Source of the DNA: Chiloscyllium plagiosum
Taxonomy: Eukaryota
Direction: 5' to 3'
Length of the DNA: 64,000 nt
Assembly: GCF_004010195.1 (NCBI RefSeq)
Contig: NC_057726.1
Coordinates: 30,426,071 to 30,490,070, forward strand
Part shown: positions 50,040-61,199 of the stretch, one piece after another
Layout of the letters: each line of letters opens with the position of its first letter
Numbering within the stretch: the stretch's first letter is position 1
Made by a program: the position numbers and the translations under genes
Notes under the pieces: generated by a model
Seen by the model: the letters and a program-made list of their open reading frames with translations, nothing else
Told to the model about the DNA's origin: nothing
Databases searched by the model: none

Positions 50040-50380
50040 TTTTCTTTTCATTTGTTCATGAGATATGGATGTCACGAACTAGGCTAGAATTTATTACCCA
50101 TCCCCAATTGTCCAGGGATCAATTAAGAGTCAACCATATTTCTGTGTGGATCTGGAGTCACATGTAAGCCAGAAAAGGTCAGAAAGGCAGATTTCCTTCC
50201 CTAAAGGACATTAGTAAACCAGATGGGTTTTTCCTGACAATCAACAATGGTTTCATGATCATCATTAATCTCTTAAATCCAGATTTTGTATTGAATTCAA
50301 ATTCCATCATCTGCAGGATTTGAACCCAGATTGCTAGAACATTACCTGGGTCTCTGGATTAATAGTCTAACAATAATACC
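50040..50380 (-). mobile_element. Second SINE family copy
   Basis: Reverse complement of 43295-43612, including the tail. Confidence 0.78.
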
Positions 50381-50769
50381 ATAATTCTACAATCATAATT
50401 CTTCAGTTATGATGTAGTCATTACATTTCATGTTTCAACGCTTTATGCTGTGTAGTAGCTTTGAGACATGCCCAAAAGCACGGTATGAAGTCCAATCCAG
50501 TGCAGAAGTGGAATTTGGAGAAGTCAAGAAGTGACTAGGATGAATTCACAATTCCAGTACAGCATCGTATTCAATGGTGCTTCTCTTGAATTATTGCTGG
50601 ATGCATTCAGGAATAAAAGGGACATATTTTCCCAAGAATGGAAGGTACATTCCACTGCTGTCACAGGAAGCATCATTACAGTTGGCCAAGGAAGCAAGCA
50701 TCAGGAAAACTGCTTTGGACTCAGTTTAGCAAGTGGTTTATAACCACTTTCTGCAGTGAGTGATATAAT

Positions 50770-51305
50770 TCCTGATTCCACAAATCCTGCAAGGCACAAG
50801 TCAAGATATGATGGAATAGTCCCCATTTGTCTGGATGGGTGCAGCTCTAACAACACTCAAGAAGCTTGACACCATCCAGGACAAAGTAGTCACTTGATTG
50901 TCACCGCCTCCACAAACATTCACTCCTTTCACCACTGATACTCAGCGACAGCAATACTATTTATCAGATGCTCTGAAGTAAACTTACCAAGGCTCGTCTA
51001 AACAGCAACTTCCAAACCTTTACCTCCACCACCTACAAGGACAAGAGCAGCAGATACGTGCAACAACTCCTCTTGTAAGTTTCCCTCCAAGTCACTCACT
51101 ATTCTGACTTGGAATTATATCCTTGTTTCTTCACTGTCACTGGGTCAAATTCATGGAACTACCTTCCTATTAGCACTGTGGGTGTTCCTATACCCCAAGG
51201 ACTGCAATGATTCAAGAATCTAGCTCACCACCACCCCCTCAGGGCATTCAGGATGGAAAATAAATGCCAACCCAGCCAGTGATGCCCACAGCCATGAGCA
51301 AACAA
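50770..51305 (+). mobile_element. CR1/L2-group LINE 3' end (family of 12150-14078)
   Basis: CTGGATGGGTGCAGCTC...CACCATCCAGGACAAAG and 3' tail. Confidence 0.8.
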
Positions 51306-51438
51306 AAACACAGTTCGCTGATTGACTTACATTGTGTGTGTATATTACACTGATGGCCACTTCTAGCATCTCCTCATATCTACCACCTCTGCCAAAGTAA
51401 GGATTGTTTAAGATAAACAATCTGTTGCTTATCATACT

Positions 51439-51775
51439 GGGTGGCATGGTGGCTCAGTGATTAGCACTGCTGCCTCATAGTGCCAGGGACTCAGGTTCAA
51501 TTCCATGCTCAGGCAACTGTCTATGTGGGCTTTTGCACATTCTCTCCATATCTGCATGGGTTTCCTCTGGGTGCTCTAGTTTCTTCCCACAGTCCAAAGA
51601 TTTGCAGGTTCAGTGAATTGCCCATAGTGTCCAAGGATGTGTAGGTTAGGTGCATTAGTCAGGGGAAATGTTCAGTAATAGGGTAGGGGAAGGGGTCTGG
51701 GTGTGATACTCTTCGAAGGGTCAGTGTGGACTTGTTGGACCAAAGAGCCTGTTTCCATTCTGTAGGGTTTCTATG
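51439..51775 (+). mobile_element. HE1-type V-SINE
   Basis: Head, V-domain and tail, CpG-depleted. Confidence 0.88.
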
Positions 51776-53949
51776 AAATGTCTAAGATACATCCTTACCG
51801 CCAAACCTCTTTTGGCTGTACGATACCTAAGATCTATCTAATGATCAATTAGAGGATACACCATTATAGATTCTTTACAGATGGGGAATTTAGTTCATAG
51901 GAGGTTCATTGCATGGTAACTACATTACTAATCAGGCAAAATTACTAGGACTCTCAGGAATTGTATAAAATACATGTACTCCCTGCAAAGGTTCATGTGA
52001 ATTCCTTGTTTGCCCTCAAAGACTATGTGTGACATCAGAAAATTGGGTGGAGCTAATGCATCTTCAACAGTAACACTTTCAGCAATGACAGTGTGATTTG
52101 TACACAACTTGTATGCTACTCACACCCACTTCAATTTCAGCAGCACCATCCAACATTTTCTTTGCATTTCTTCACCTCCTCACATTTCTGCATGATCCTA
52201 GTCCATTTACAATGTACATTTGGGTTAGTCACCTTCACTAAATACTGTGCGTCTATATGGTGAATTTTTTACTTTATTCACGCAGAGATTTATTCCCAGC
52301 TGCAGAGGTGCAAGCCAAGGAGATAATTAGTACATCTATGTCCTTCCTAGTCAGAGATGGAGAGACTGGGAATTCACAGTTTAAAATATCTCTGAGATAG
52401 CTCCTGACTTTATTTCATCAAAGATTGAACTTGAAATGTGGGGGTTGTCAAAACTTTGTCTTTATCAGAATGCAGATCAAAGTCAATGGAGATGTGAAGG
52501 CAATGCCTCAGAGGGGTTCATACTTTCTGATGGTGTACATTCATATAGTCACCCAGCTGAGGAAATGCTTGCACCTCACTAGGTCCAGTTTCAGGTTGGT
52601 GAGTCAGCATTGCACTCGAGATGCAGGTCAGGGTACAATCCTCTACAAAAGGTTGCTGACCTAGATATGAATGCTGAAATCTGGGAAGCTATATTTGAGA
52701 AAGGAAATGCTAAAGATGCTGCAGCAACATTGAAAAATAAAGGTGAGCATTACACACAAAGAGAATAGAGCAGATTCATTGAATAGCTATGTCTTGGCAA
52801 GATTGTCTGTCATGGGAAAGTGACAACATCGATCGAGTTACCAGTGCCACTCACTGAAGTTCATAAAATGTGCTCAATAAATGGTGGTCTTTATTTTCTT
52901 TGCTTCCCATTCTCAGCTCACTGAAAAAAATGTTTAAACTATTAATCCTTCATACATCAATCTGCTCGAGATCACCAGCAATTCCTTATTCATGCGACAA
53001 ATACCATTCACCCCAAACACCAAGCAACTGCCATACACAACTCAATGAAAATATTGGGAAGTCAGAAATTGAAAAATAAAATTCCAGAAATTCTCAGCAG
53101 GTTGAAGTCCATTCACAGAAAGAGGTAGAATGAGTATTTCATGCCTTACGCCAGAAGTGGAAAAAGTTAGAGATCCAACAGTTTTTGAGGAGAACTGAGC
53201 GTGTGAAGAGGAGCAGGTAAGTAAGACCAAAAATGACGGCTATTAGGCACAGACTATTCAGAAACACGGGGGCCGTAGTTCTGAACATGGCCAGCGAGAG
53301 AAATTACAGCCTCTGGTGCTTTCCTGTTTCCAGCCCTTCTTTCACCCTTGTCACCTTAAGCCTCCCCCACACTGCCGTGATTGTAAGGCGTGATAGCTGA
53401 TGATTTGCAATTATCACTTTGTGATATTGATAGTAGCTTCCAAAGCGTAAATGTGAGATACAAGGACACAGTTTTTTATAGCTCCTGGTGTTTGTATTTG
53501 CACATTAAAATCACAGGCCATTGCATGTCTCAGCTGAAGCTAAGCAATTTGAATGTATTCCAGCAAACTTCTCTCATGAATCATGCTGTAAGGGGACAGA
53601 GCTCAGTAAGATGAAAATTGAGAACATTACAACATGAAGTCACACGCCTATTACACATCAGACCATAAAAGCTAGAAACAGGCATATGCAATTCAGCTCC
53701 TTGAGCCTACCCCAGTGATGACATCATGAGCATGTTCTTTAAGAGTTTTTCACATATCTGCTGTTTAAGAGTACATCCATCTTCTTGCAAAGAAAATAAA
53801 TCCCAATCAGACAACATTGCACATAAGCGCATATTGTCCAGTCAAGAACTAACCAGACATATATAAACAGAGCTAACAGATTAATAATTCAAACTTTGAT
53901 ATAGTGTTTTGGAAACTTGACAGCTCATGCTGACCCAATATTCATATAC

Positions 53950-55770
53950 CCATCTGCAGAGGTATGTGTTATTCTTGATTGCTCTTGGCTGACAATTTGG
54001 TTGTTTTGCCTTTAGTTACTGTCCCTCAGCATCCTCGCACAGTCATTATCATCAGAGCTCTCTTCTTCATTGCCTGCATGAGTGATTGGTGAATTGTACA
54101 CTGATCTGAGCTGCCTTCTATTTAATTGCAATGTAACCTTATGACCTGAGCTGATGGTACATTTTAGGAACTTTTACTGGCAACCAGGTACGTGTGACTG
54201 GATTTTTGATTATCTCACTATCAGGTGTATAATTGTGGTAGATGGTTGATTGTGTATCTGTTTCATTCTTCTCTGATACAGAAGGGGGAAGTCCTGTAGC
54301 TGTTTCATTCTCACTACTGTGGGTGTGGTTTTAACCTCATGAATGGTTACAATGCTGAGATCTGAGATCTGTAGAGGTGGTCCTGCTACTGTTGGACTAT
54401 TGGTATCTATCAGTTAGAAGATTTCATATTGGCGCTGCTGTATGATTGCGCCACTGAACAGAAATGATGATCCATGACATGCCAAGAGAAAAGTGGCAAT
54501 CTCATGCAGTTGCCACTGTGCCCTTTCTGTTTTACTAAAGAATTCAGCTGTGCTTTCCTGAGAGAAGATTCTAGTCAGGGCTCCCTCAGAATGTGGAACC
54601 ATGCTTCCATTCTGACTGTACTTTTGCTGTGCAGATTTGTCAGAAGAAGATGAGCCATGTTTCCTTTTGACAGCTGTCAGTTTTATTGTCCATGTCCATC
54701 TCCTGCCTTGCGAATGTGGTGGTGAGCTGCCTTCTTCAATCCATTTGCTCGAGGTAGACCCACAATGCCCTTAGGGAGGAAATTCCAGGATTTTTACCCA
54801 GCAACAGGGAAGGAATAGAGATATATTTTCAAGTCAGGCTGGTGCGGGGCTTGGAGGTACTTGCGGGTGGTGGTGTTCCCATGTACCTGTTGCCCTTATC
54901 CTTCTTATATTGAATATTTCTGCACTAATGGAGGGTAGAGTGAAATGCCTTGATGGTGTTTCTTCAGATGGTCCAGACTCTGACATTGCAGAGGTGTGCG
55001 CTGTGGTGTTGGGAAAGATAGCATAGGCCTGAAGGCATTTTCTCTTCTGGCTTGGACTATGAATGGGATCTGGAAACTGCAGAGAAGAACCTAAAGATTT
55101 GTTAGTGTCACAAAGTACTACCCTAACCCAAGACTCTGGTGCTTGCTATGTAATTGGGAGTAGCTGCTTTGGAGAGTTTTCATGAGATGACTGCAGATAT
55201 CCCACCTCCCTTCCACACATGCACCAATTCCCTTATTGTACAGTCGGCTCAGCAAACTGCTCTTCAAATACCATGGACACCCTAGTTCCAGGCATACCGC
55301 TCCCTTCTTGTTGTGATGAAAGGCGAATGACTGGTGGTGTGTGAGCTGCTGACTCTTGGTGCTTTTTCTCTGTTTAAAATGTGACGGTTGGCAGATGGCA
55401 CTGTGTTGCAAATACAAAATGGGTACGCACAGTGAAGAGGGATGAGGTTTGTGATAGAGGTGCCCGGCAGCCAATATTGTGAATAACATTCCTGTGCAGT
55501 GGCAATGCCTTACAATGCCAACTTGTACTCATAACAGCATGATGCATTGAGTAGACAATGGCAATTACTCTGCCAGTATACAAGAGATCCCTTTGTGGCA
55601 TTGCCCACCTCCGAGTGCCATGGGCACTGATTGCCACATCAATCTTAATCTAGGCCACCTTGGTGATGTGGGACAGCCTCCTGGTCCCATCCCTTAAAAC
55701 GATGACCTCCCTTTGTTCATGAACTGAGCTGTGGCACTGCTTTTTGCAGGTTATGTGACATGTTGAGAAG
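53950..55770 (-). pseudogene. Second Harbinger-type Myb/SANT-like gene remnant
   Basis: Minus-strand 55590-55730 reads EQREVIVLRDGTRRLSHITKVA*IKIDVAISAHGTRRW.QCHK, resembling the trihelix Myb-like domain. Downstream extent is uncertain. Confidence 0.45.
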
Positions 55771-55789
55771 TGGCGGGGTTGATAAACAA

Positions 55790-55935
55790 AGACAAAAATA
55801 GTTCTGAGGAAGGGTCACTGGAACCAAAACGTTAACTCTGATTTCTCTCCACAGATGCTGCCAGGTCTGCTGAGCTTTTTCAGCAATTTCTATTTTTGTC
55901 TTGGATTTCCAGCATCCACAGTCCTTTCGGTTTTG
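55790..55935 (+). mobile_element. PLE terminal-repeat fragment
   Basis: CTGAGGAAGGGTCACTGGAACCAAAACGTT, same family as 7353. Confidence 0.75.
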
Positions 55936-56824
55936 ATAAGCAAAGTTTAGGTGAATGCTCTTAGATTCAGACAGTGAAATGGTGAGCATTTTAAATAGTG
56001 TGTCTGGAAGTTGGAGCATGGAAGTTTCCAGTAGGAGAAAGAACTTCCTATTCACCCCTACTGAAATGTGGCGTTTTCCCATGTGTGTATATGTAACGTG
56101 TTTAAAAGAATGTAATCTTCTGAGGAAACCTGCATTACCCCAACTCCCCCAAGCAGAAGTCCCTTCCACCTTTTGTGCTTACTTCCATAATTAGCTGAGA
56201 AATGAAAATTGCACCCAGTCTCTCCCTCTCACACACATGCACACGCACTTTCTCACACATTCTCTCTTTCATTTATCTGCAGAGATCTGATCCTGTAACC
56301 AAAACACTCGAAACCCTGACATGCAGAGGCTCAGTAAAGCTACAGCTGAGGCTGAGGCTTGTGGTAGCTCTTGCTTCATGTGTCTCGAATTTAAGCAGAA
56401 TGCCGCTCAAGCGTGTAAATTCTGGTGCTGATCACCAATAAAAAATCTTCACCTTTTTGCTATTTAGGTCTATGTGGTTTGTTCGCGTGGATTCTCAAAT
56501 TGACTGTTAGATCTAGAACCTTTAGTGCAATAACAACGCATCAGCAGCTTAATGCTCTGAAATGCAAGTTTTTCATATTTGTGGTTACAAATGTCACAGG
56601 ACTAATAATCTGATCAAGATCATTCCTTGTATTTTCACTTCCAGATGGCATAAATTGCCATGATTACCTTTGAACAGAATTTATAGTTACTGTGTCAAAA
56701 GATAATGAATTTAAAAGCTGAGAGGTTAAAGGTTCATCTTATCTTACAGATATAAAATGTAAGAAAGAAAACAGGAAGTTCAACTAAAATCATGTCTGAG
56801 CCACAGGTATCAGCAGTAAAGAAA

Positions 56825-56928
56825 ATGTGGGTTTTTCTTTTCCTTTTGTGTGTTGATACATTCTGTTCTGCAGATCAATATAGACAACGGGCAGAGACAT
56901 TAATGAAAGAAACTCCTCTCATAGATGG
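56825..56928 (+). CDS. DPEP1: Membrane dipeptidase (dipeptidase 1-like), first coding exon: signal peptide and mature N-terminus
   Basis: Translates MWVFLFLLCVDTFCSADQYRQRAETLMKETPLIDG then GTGAGT donor. Colinear with human DPEP1 [35 protein letters not shown](HND); 34 codons + 2 nt, splitting the Gly before the Zn-binding HND motif. Confidence 0.9.
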
Positions 56929-57589
56929 GTGAGTGCAGTGAAATTTAACATGAAATTTTAAAAGTTTCAAATGTAAACTTCCTCAAAAGTCATCAAGCTG
57001 TCATATATGAAGATAATGAGATGCATTTGGTTGGCTGTAGCTTTCAAGAAATGTTTTGGTCATCTGACATAGCGCTGTCTTTCTTTCTTGATATATATGC
57101 TTGAAATGGATGAGGAAAAATTCCAGTACCAATTAGTTACACCTTTGAGTGTCCTCACCTATCTTCAATGGTCAGTGCTTTATTAGGAGAGGTTTTATGT
57201 CCGCTCTCCTCTGTGCTTGGAGAAGCTGTGATCTATATGGTGGAAATGCAGATCTCACTGGCTGAATTTTTCAAGGCCAAGCTTGGTTTGATTTTGGTTT
57301 TATTGATACATGTACTCAAATATAAAAGTACAGGTGTACAATAAAAAGTATATAATGTTGCCACACTGTTGTTACAGAATATTAAGAACAAGATAGAAAG
57401 AAGGAACAAAGTTAGAAGTTGAACATTGCAGTAACTTTAGAGTAAAACATGCAAAATAAGTTGAAAATTACGCATTGCAGACCTTAGCCTTAAGTAGAAA
57501 ATAAAGAAATAAAGCTGAAAGTTCAAAAATCAGTGTTTCTTAAGTGCTTATCCACGGTGGGACCACATTTTGAAGAATCACCCCGAGAT

Positions 57590-58762
57590 TGGAAGTCCAC
57601 ACCGGGCCGAGAGACCGCCACACCGGGCTGAGACTGCAATGTACTGCCGAGAGACCGCTGCACTGGACCGACAGACTGCACACCGCGCCAAGAGGCCGAA
57701 ACACCAGGCCAAGAGATCACCACACTGGGTTGAGAGACTGCCACACCGGGCTGTGACTGCAATGTACTACCAAGAGACTGCTACACTGGACAGACTGCCA
57801 CAGCGTGCTGAAAGGCCAAAACACCAGGCCAAGAGACCACCACACGGGGCCGAGAGACCGCCACATTGGGCTGAGAGACTGCCACACCGGGCCGAGAGTC
57901 TGCCATGTACTGCCGAGAGACTGCCACACCGGGCCGAGAGTCTGCCATGTACTGCCGAGAGACTGCCACACTAGGCCTAGAGACTACCACACCAGGCTGA
58001 GAGACTACCACACCGGGCTGAGAGACCGCCACGCTGGGCCGAGAGACTGCCACACCAGGCCAAGAGTCTGCCATGTACTGCCGAGACACCGCCGCACCGG
58101 ACCGAGAGACCACAGCAGGCTGAGAGACCACCACACCAGGCTGAGAGACAACTACACTGGGCCTAGAGACCGCCACACCAGGGTGAGAGAGCACTTCACT
58201 GGGCCAAGAGACTGCCACACCAGGGTGAGAGACCACTTCACTGCGCCTAGGGATCACCACATCAGGCCGAGAGTCTGCCATAAACAGCTGAGAGACTCCC
58301 ACACTGGGCCGGGACCACCAATGGGCCAAGAGACCGCAACACCAGGCTAAGAGTCTGCCATATTCTTCCAAGACACTGCCGAGAAACTGCCACACCGGGC
58401 TGAGAGATCGGCAAGTACTGCCGAGAGACTGCCACACTGGGCCACAAGACAACCACACTGGGCTGAAAGACTGCCATGCTCGGAACGAGAGACCATCACG
58501 CTGGGCTGAGAGACTGCCACACCAGGCTGACAGATTGCCATGTACCACCGAAAGACCACCATACCAAGCTGAGAGTCCACGCTGAGATATTGCTACACCA
58601 GGCCGAGAGTCCGCCATGTACCGTTGGAAGCCCACCATGCCACACCGGCTGAGAGTTTGCCATGCTGGGCCAAGAGACCACCACACCAGCTGACAGTTTG
58701 CTGGGCCAGGTCGAAAGCCCTGGGCCGGGAGGCTGCCATGCCAGACTGAGAGACCGCCATGC
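57590..58762. repeat. GC-rich 21-bp minisatellite with two unit variants
   Basis: Units GAGACTGCCACACCGGGCCGA and GAGTCTGCCATGTACTGCCGA, roughly 55 degenerate copies. Confidence 0.92.
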
Positions 58763-59309
58763 CATGGAAAATCATTTATAATTCAGATAACACGAATGCC
58801 TTTGTCTATTGGGATTATTTTTGCTCCAGGTAGAGAATTTCCAATTCATTTTTCTGTCTCTTCCAGATGTTAAGAAGCATAAGATTGGTGTGATCAAAAT
58901 CAAGAGGTGCCACTGATTTGTTTTTGCCTTGCTGTCCAGCTTGATTTTTGAGATTACTTCAATCCAGGAGGCTGTATTAGACATTTAGGGTCATGGAATG
59001 TAGATAAAACCCCATTTGTATTTTTGTCTCGGTCTCTCTGACTATCACTTGCTCCTGCTGGCATTCACCAAACAAAGACAGTAGGAATTGGTGCAAGTCA
59101 CTTCCAGCAACAATTAGAAGGATCTGCAACTGCAGTCAGGGCGACATGGATTCTGTTTTGGGAGATATTATCACAGAAATGTTATTGGGAGTTGCATGTT
59201 GTAGGCTTTCAAATGTATGGATTTTGGTGCCACAAGTCAGCACACATGTTGCTTTCTGCTCCTATACCCTGCCTGTTTTCTGCTGAGGATGCTGACACGT
59301 CTCCCCTTA

Positions 59310-59770
59310 ATGCAGCTGCTCCAGACTCTTCAAAATCAAAAATAAACACACAAGATTCTGCTGCTGAAGATATAAAACCAAAACAGAAACTGTAGGAGAA
59401 ACGCAGCAAGCCTAGCAATATCTGTGCAGAGAGAGGAATAGTATTAAAGTTTCAAGTCCAACATGATTCTTCTGAGCTGAACAGAGGTGGAAAAGTGATG
59501 AGACTGCTGTGGTTGGTGAACGGCTGGAGGCAAGTGGAACAAAAGTGAAAGACAGTGGTTAGAGGGTGAGGGAGATTAAAGGTCACGGGGACGTAGAGGT
59601 TTCTCTGTCCTGCCTCCCTCATGTTTCTCCTGCTCACACAGATCTCTCTCATTCTCTCACTCTCTCTCCTGCTACCTCAGTGTTCCTCCCTGCTCACACA
59701 GGCTTCTCTCTCTCTCCTACCACCTCAGTGTTCCTCCTTGCTTGCATGTTCAGCATTTTTGGTTTGTCAT
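59310..59770. mobile_element. Decayed inverted PLE terminal-repeat remnants with short internal tandem repeats
   Basis: CTGCTGCTGAAGAT...AGAAACTGTAGGAGAAACGCAGCAAG pattern, like other minus-strand PLE tails. Confidence 0.45.
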
Positions 59771-60029
59771 TTAACAACTCCTTGCTTGACATTTTGATGA
59801 AAGTGTTGACTTTTTTCTACCTGTTCATTGGTGAATTGATGTCTTACTTCCTCTTGGTCATTTGTATCCTGATTACCTGAGTTGTCTTGTATTTTCTGCC
59901 ATTAAGTAGCTCTGCAGGTAATTTCATTGCCAGCCCTGAGAGTAGCTCAGAGCAACAATAAGACAATGTCCAGGTTTTCCTTTGCCTCTTGGGACTATAT
60001 GAGGACCCTCTATTTTTGTTGAGTAGACA

Positions 60030-60315
60030 GTCACAGAATCCCTACAGTGCTGGAACAAGACATTCACCCCCAATAAGTCCACACTAACTCTCCAAAGAAC
60101 ATCCCACCCAGACACACACCCCTACCTGTCCCTACATTTCCCATGACTAACCCACCGAACCTGATCCACCTAACCGGTGCATCTTTGGATTGTGGGAGGA
60201 AACCCATGCAGACACAGGGAGAATGTGCAAATTCCACTCACACAGTCACCCGAGGCTGGATTCAAACCCAGGTCCCTAGTGCTGTGAGGCAGCAGTGCTA
60301 ACCACTGAGCCACCA
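60030..60315 (-). mobile_element. HE1-type V-SINE
   Basis: Head, V-domain and tail. Confidence 0.87.
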
Positions 60316-61199
60316 TATCATGTACTTCTATGAAGATGTAGCCTCTTGGGTAATGTGGGAATGAGGTTATAATGGTAAACTCATACCGTTCAGAAAATTC
60401 TTAAACTCTCTAGAGATTAATTTGGTTCTACTGTTACATACATTTTCAGGAATCCTTCCTCAGCAATCAGAACTTATACTACAGATTGTAGTAGCTGTTA
60501 ACTTTCAAATTTTTAATGCATGGGAACTTTGAATAATACTCAATACTGCCATTCAAAACCATTCTTGATTATTTTGAGAATTGGTCAGCATTAACCATGG
60601 ACTAGGTGATTCTTTCTGCTGTGTATTTCTACACATTCAACAACACTGCACAGAAAGAATATTTCTCTGATGTGATGCATGTCCAGTACAGAGTTGATGT
60701 GCCTTTCCATTCCCATGCAGACTTCATGTATCTACTGAAGAAGTTCTTCCTACATTATTTTAGATACAGTGATTCTGGATTAGACCAACACAATATCATC
60801 TTCAAGCAAGGTGCCACCTCTGATTGAGCAATATTGTAGTATTACTGGTTGTGTTAGTTGCACCTAATCAGGCCATCTGTGGATCTCAAGCTGAGAGTAC
60901 ACCAGTAACTCTATGCCCTTGTTGGTCTCATTACCTTGCTAAGTGATGGATCTTTACAGTTCGATCTTTTATTTCCTGGTTTTCTCGTGATGACAGATAG
61001 AGATATGGCTTGCGTTTCAGAGTCAGATCATAGCTTTGAATGCCACAGAAGTAACCTGTATAATCTTGCTGATGCTTTCCACCAATTTTTGTTTTAGAAC
61101 GATCCCAGTCAATAATAGTTGCTGTCCACCATGAAATTCTCCCATAGACTTTTCTCACATCTGTACACCACTGCCCAAAGTTCTCTTTCTAAATTGGCA

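Noticed and set aside
57590-58762. CRISPR-like array
   Set aside because: Units are contiguous with no unique spacers, there are no cas genes, and the context is eukaryotic.
57523-58775. Long ORFs on both strands (up to 301 aa)
   Set aside because: Artefact of a GC-rich 21-bp (multiple of 3) tandem repeat; the peptides are heptad-periodic with no domain signature.
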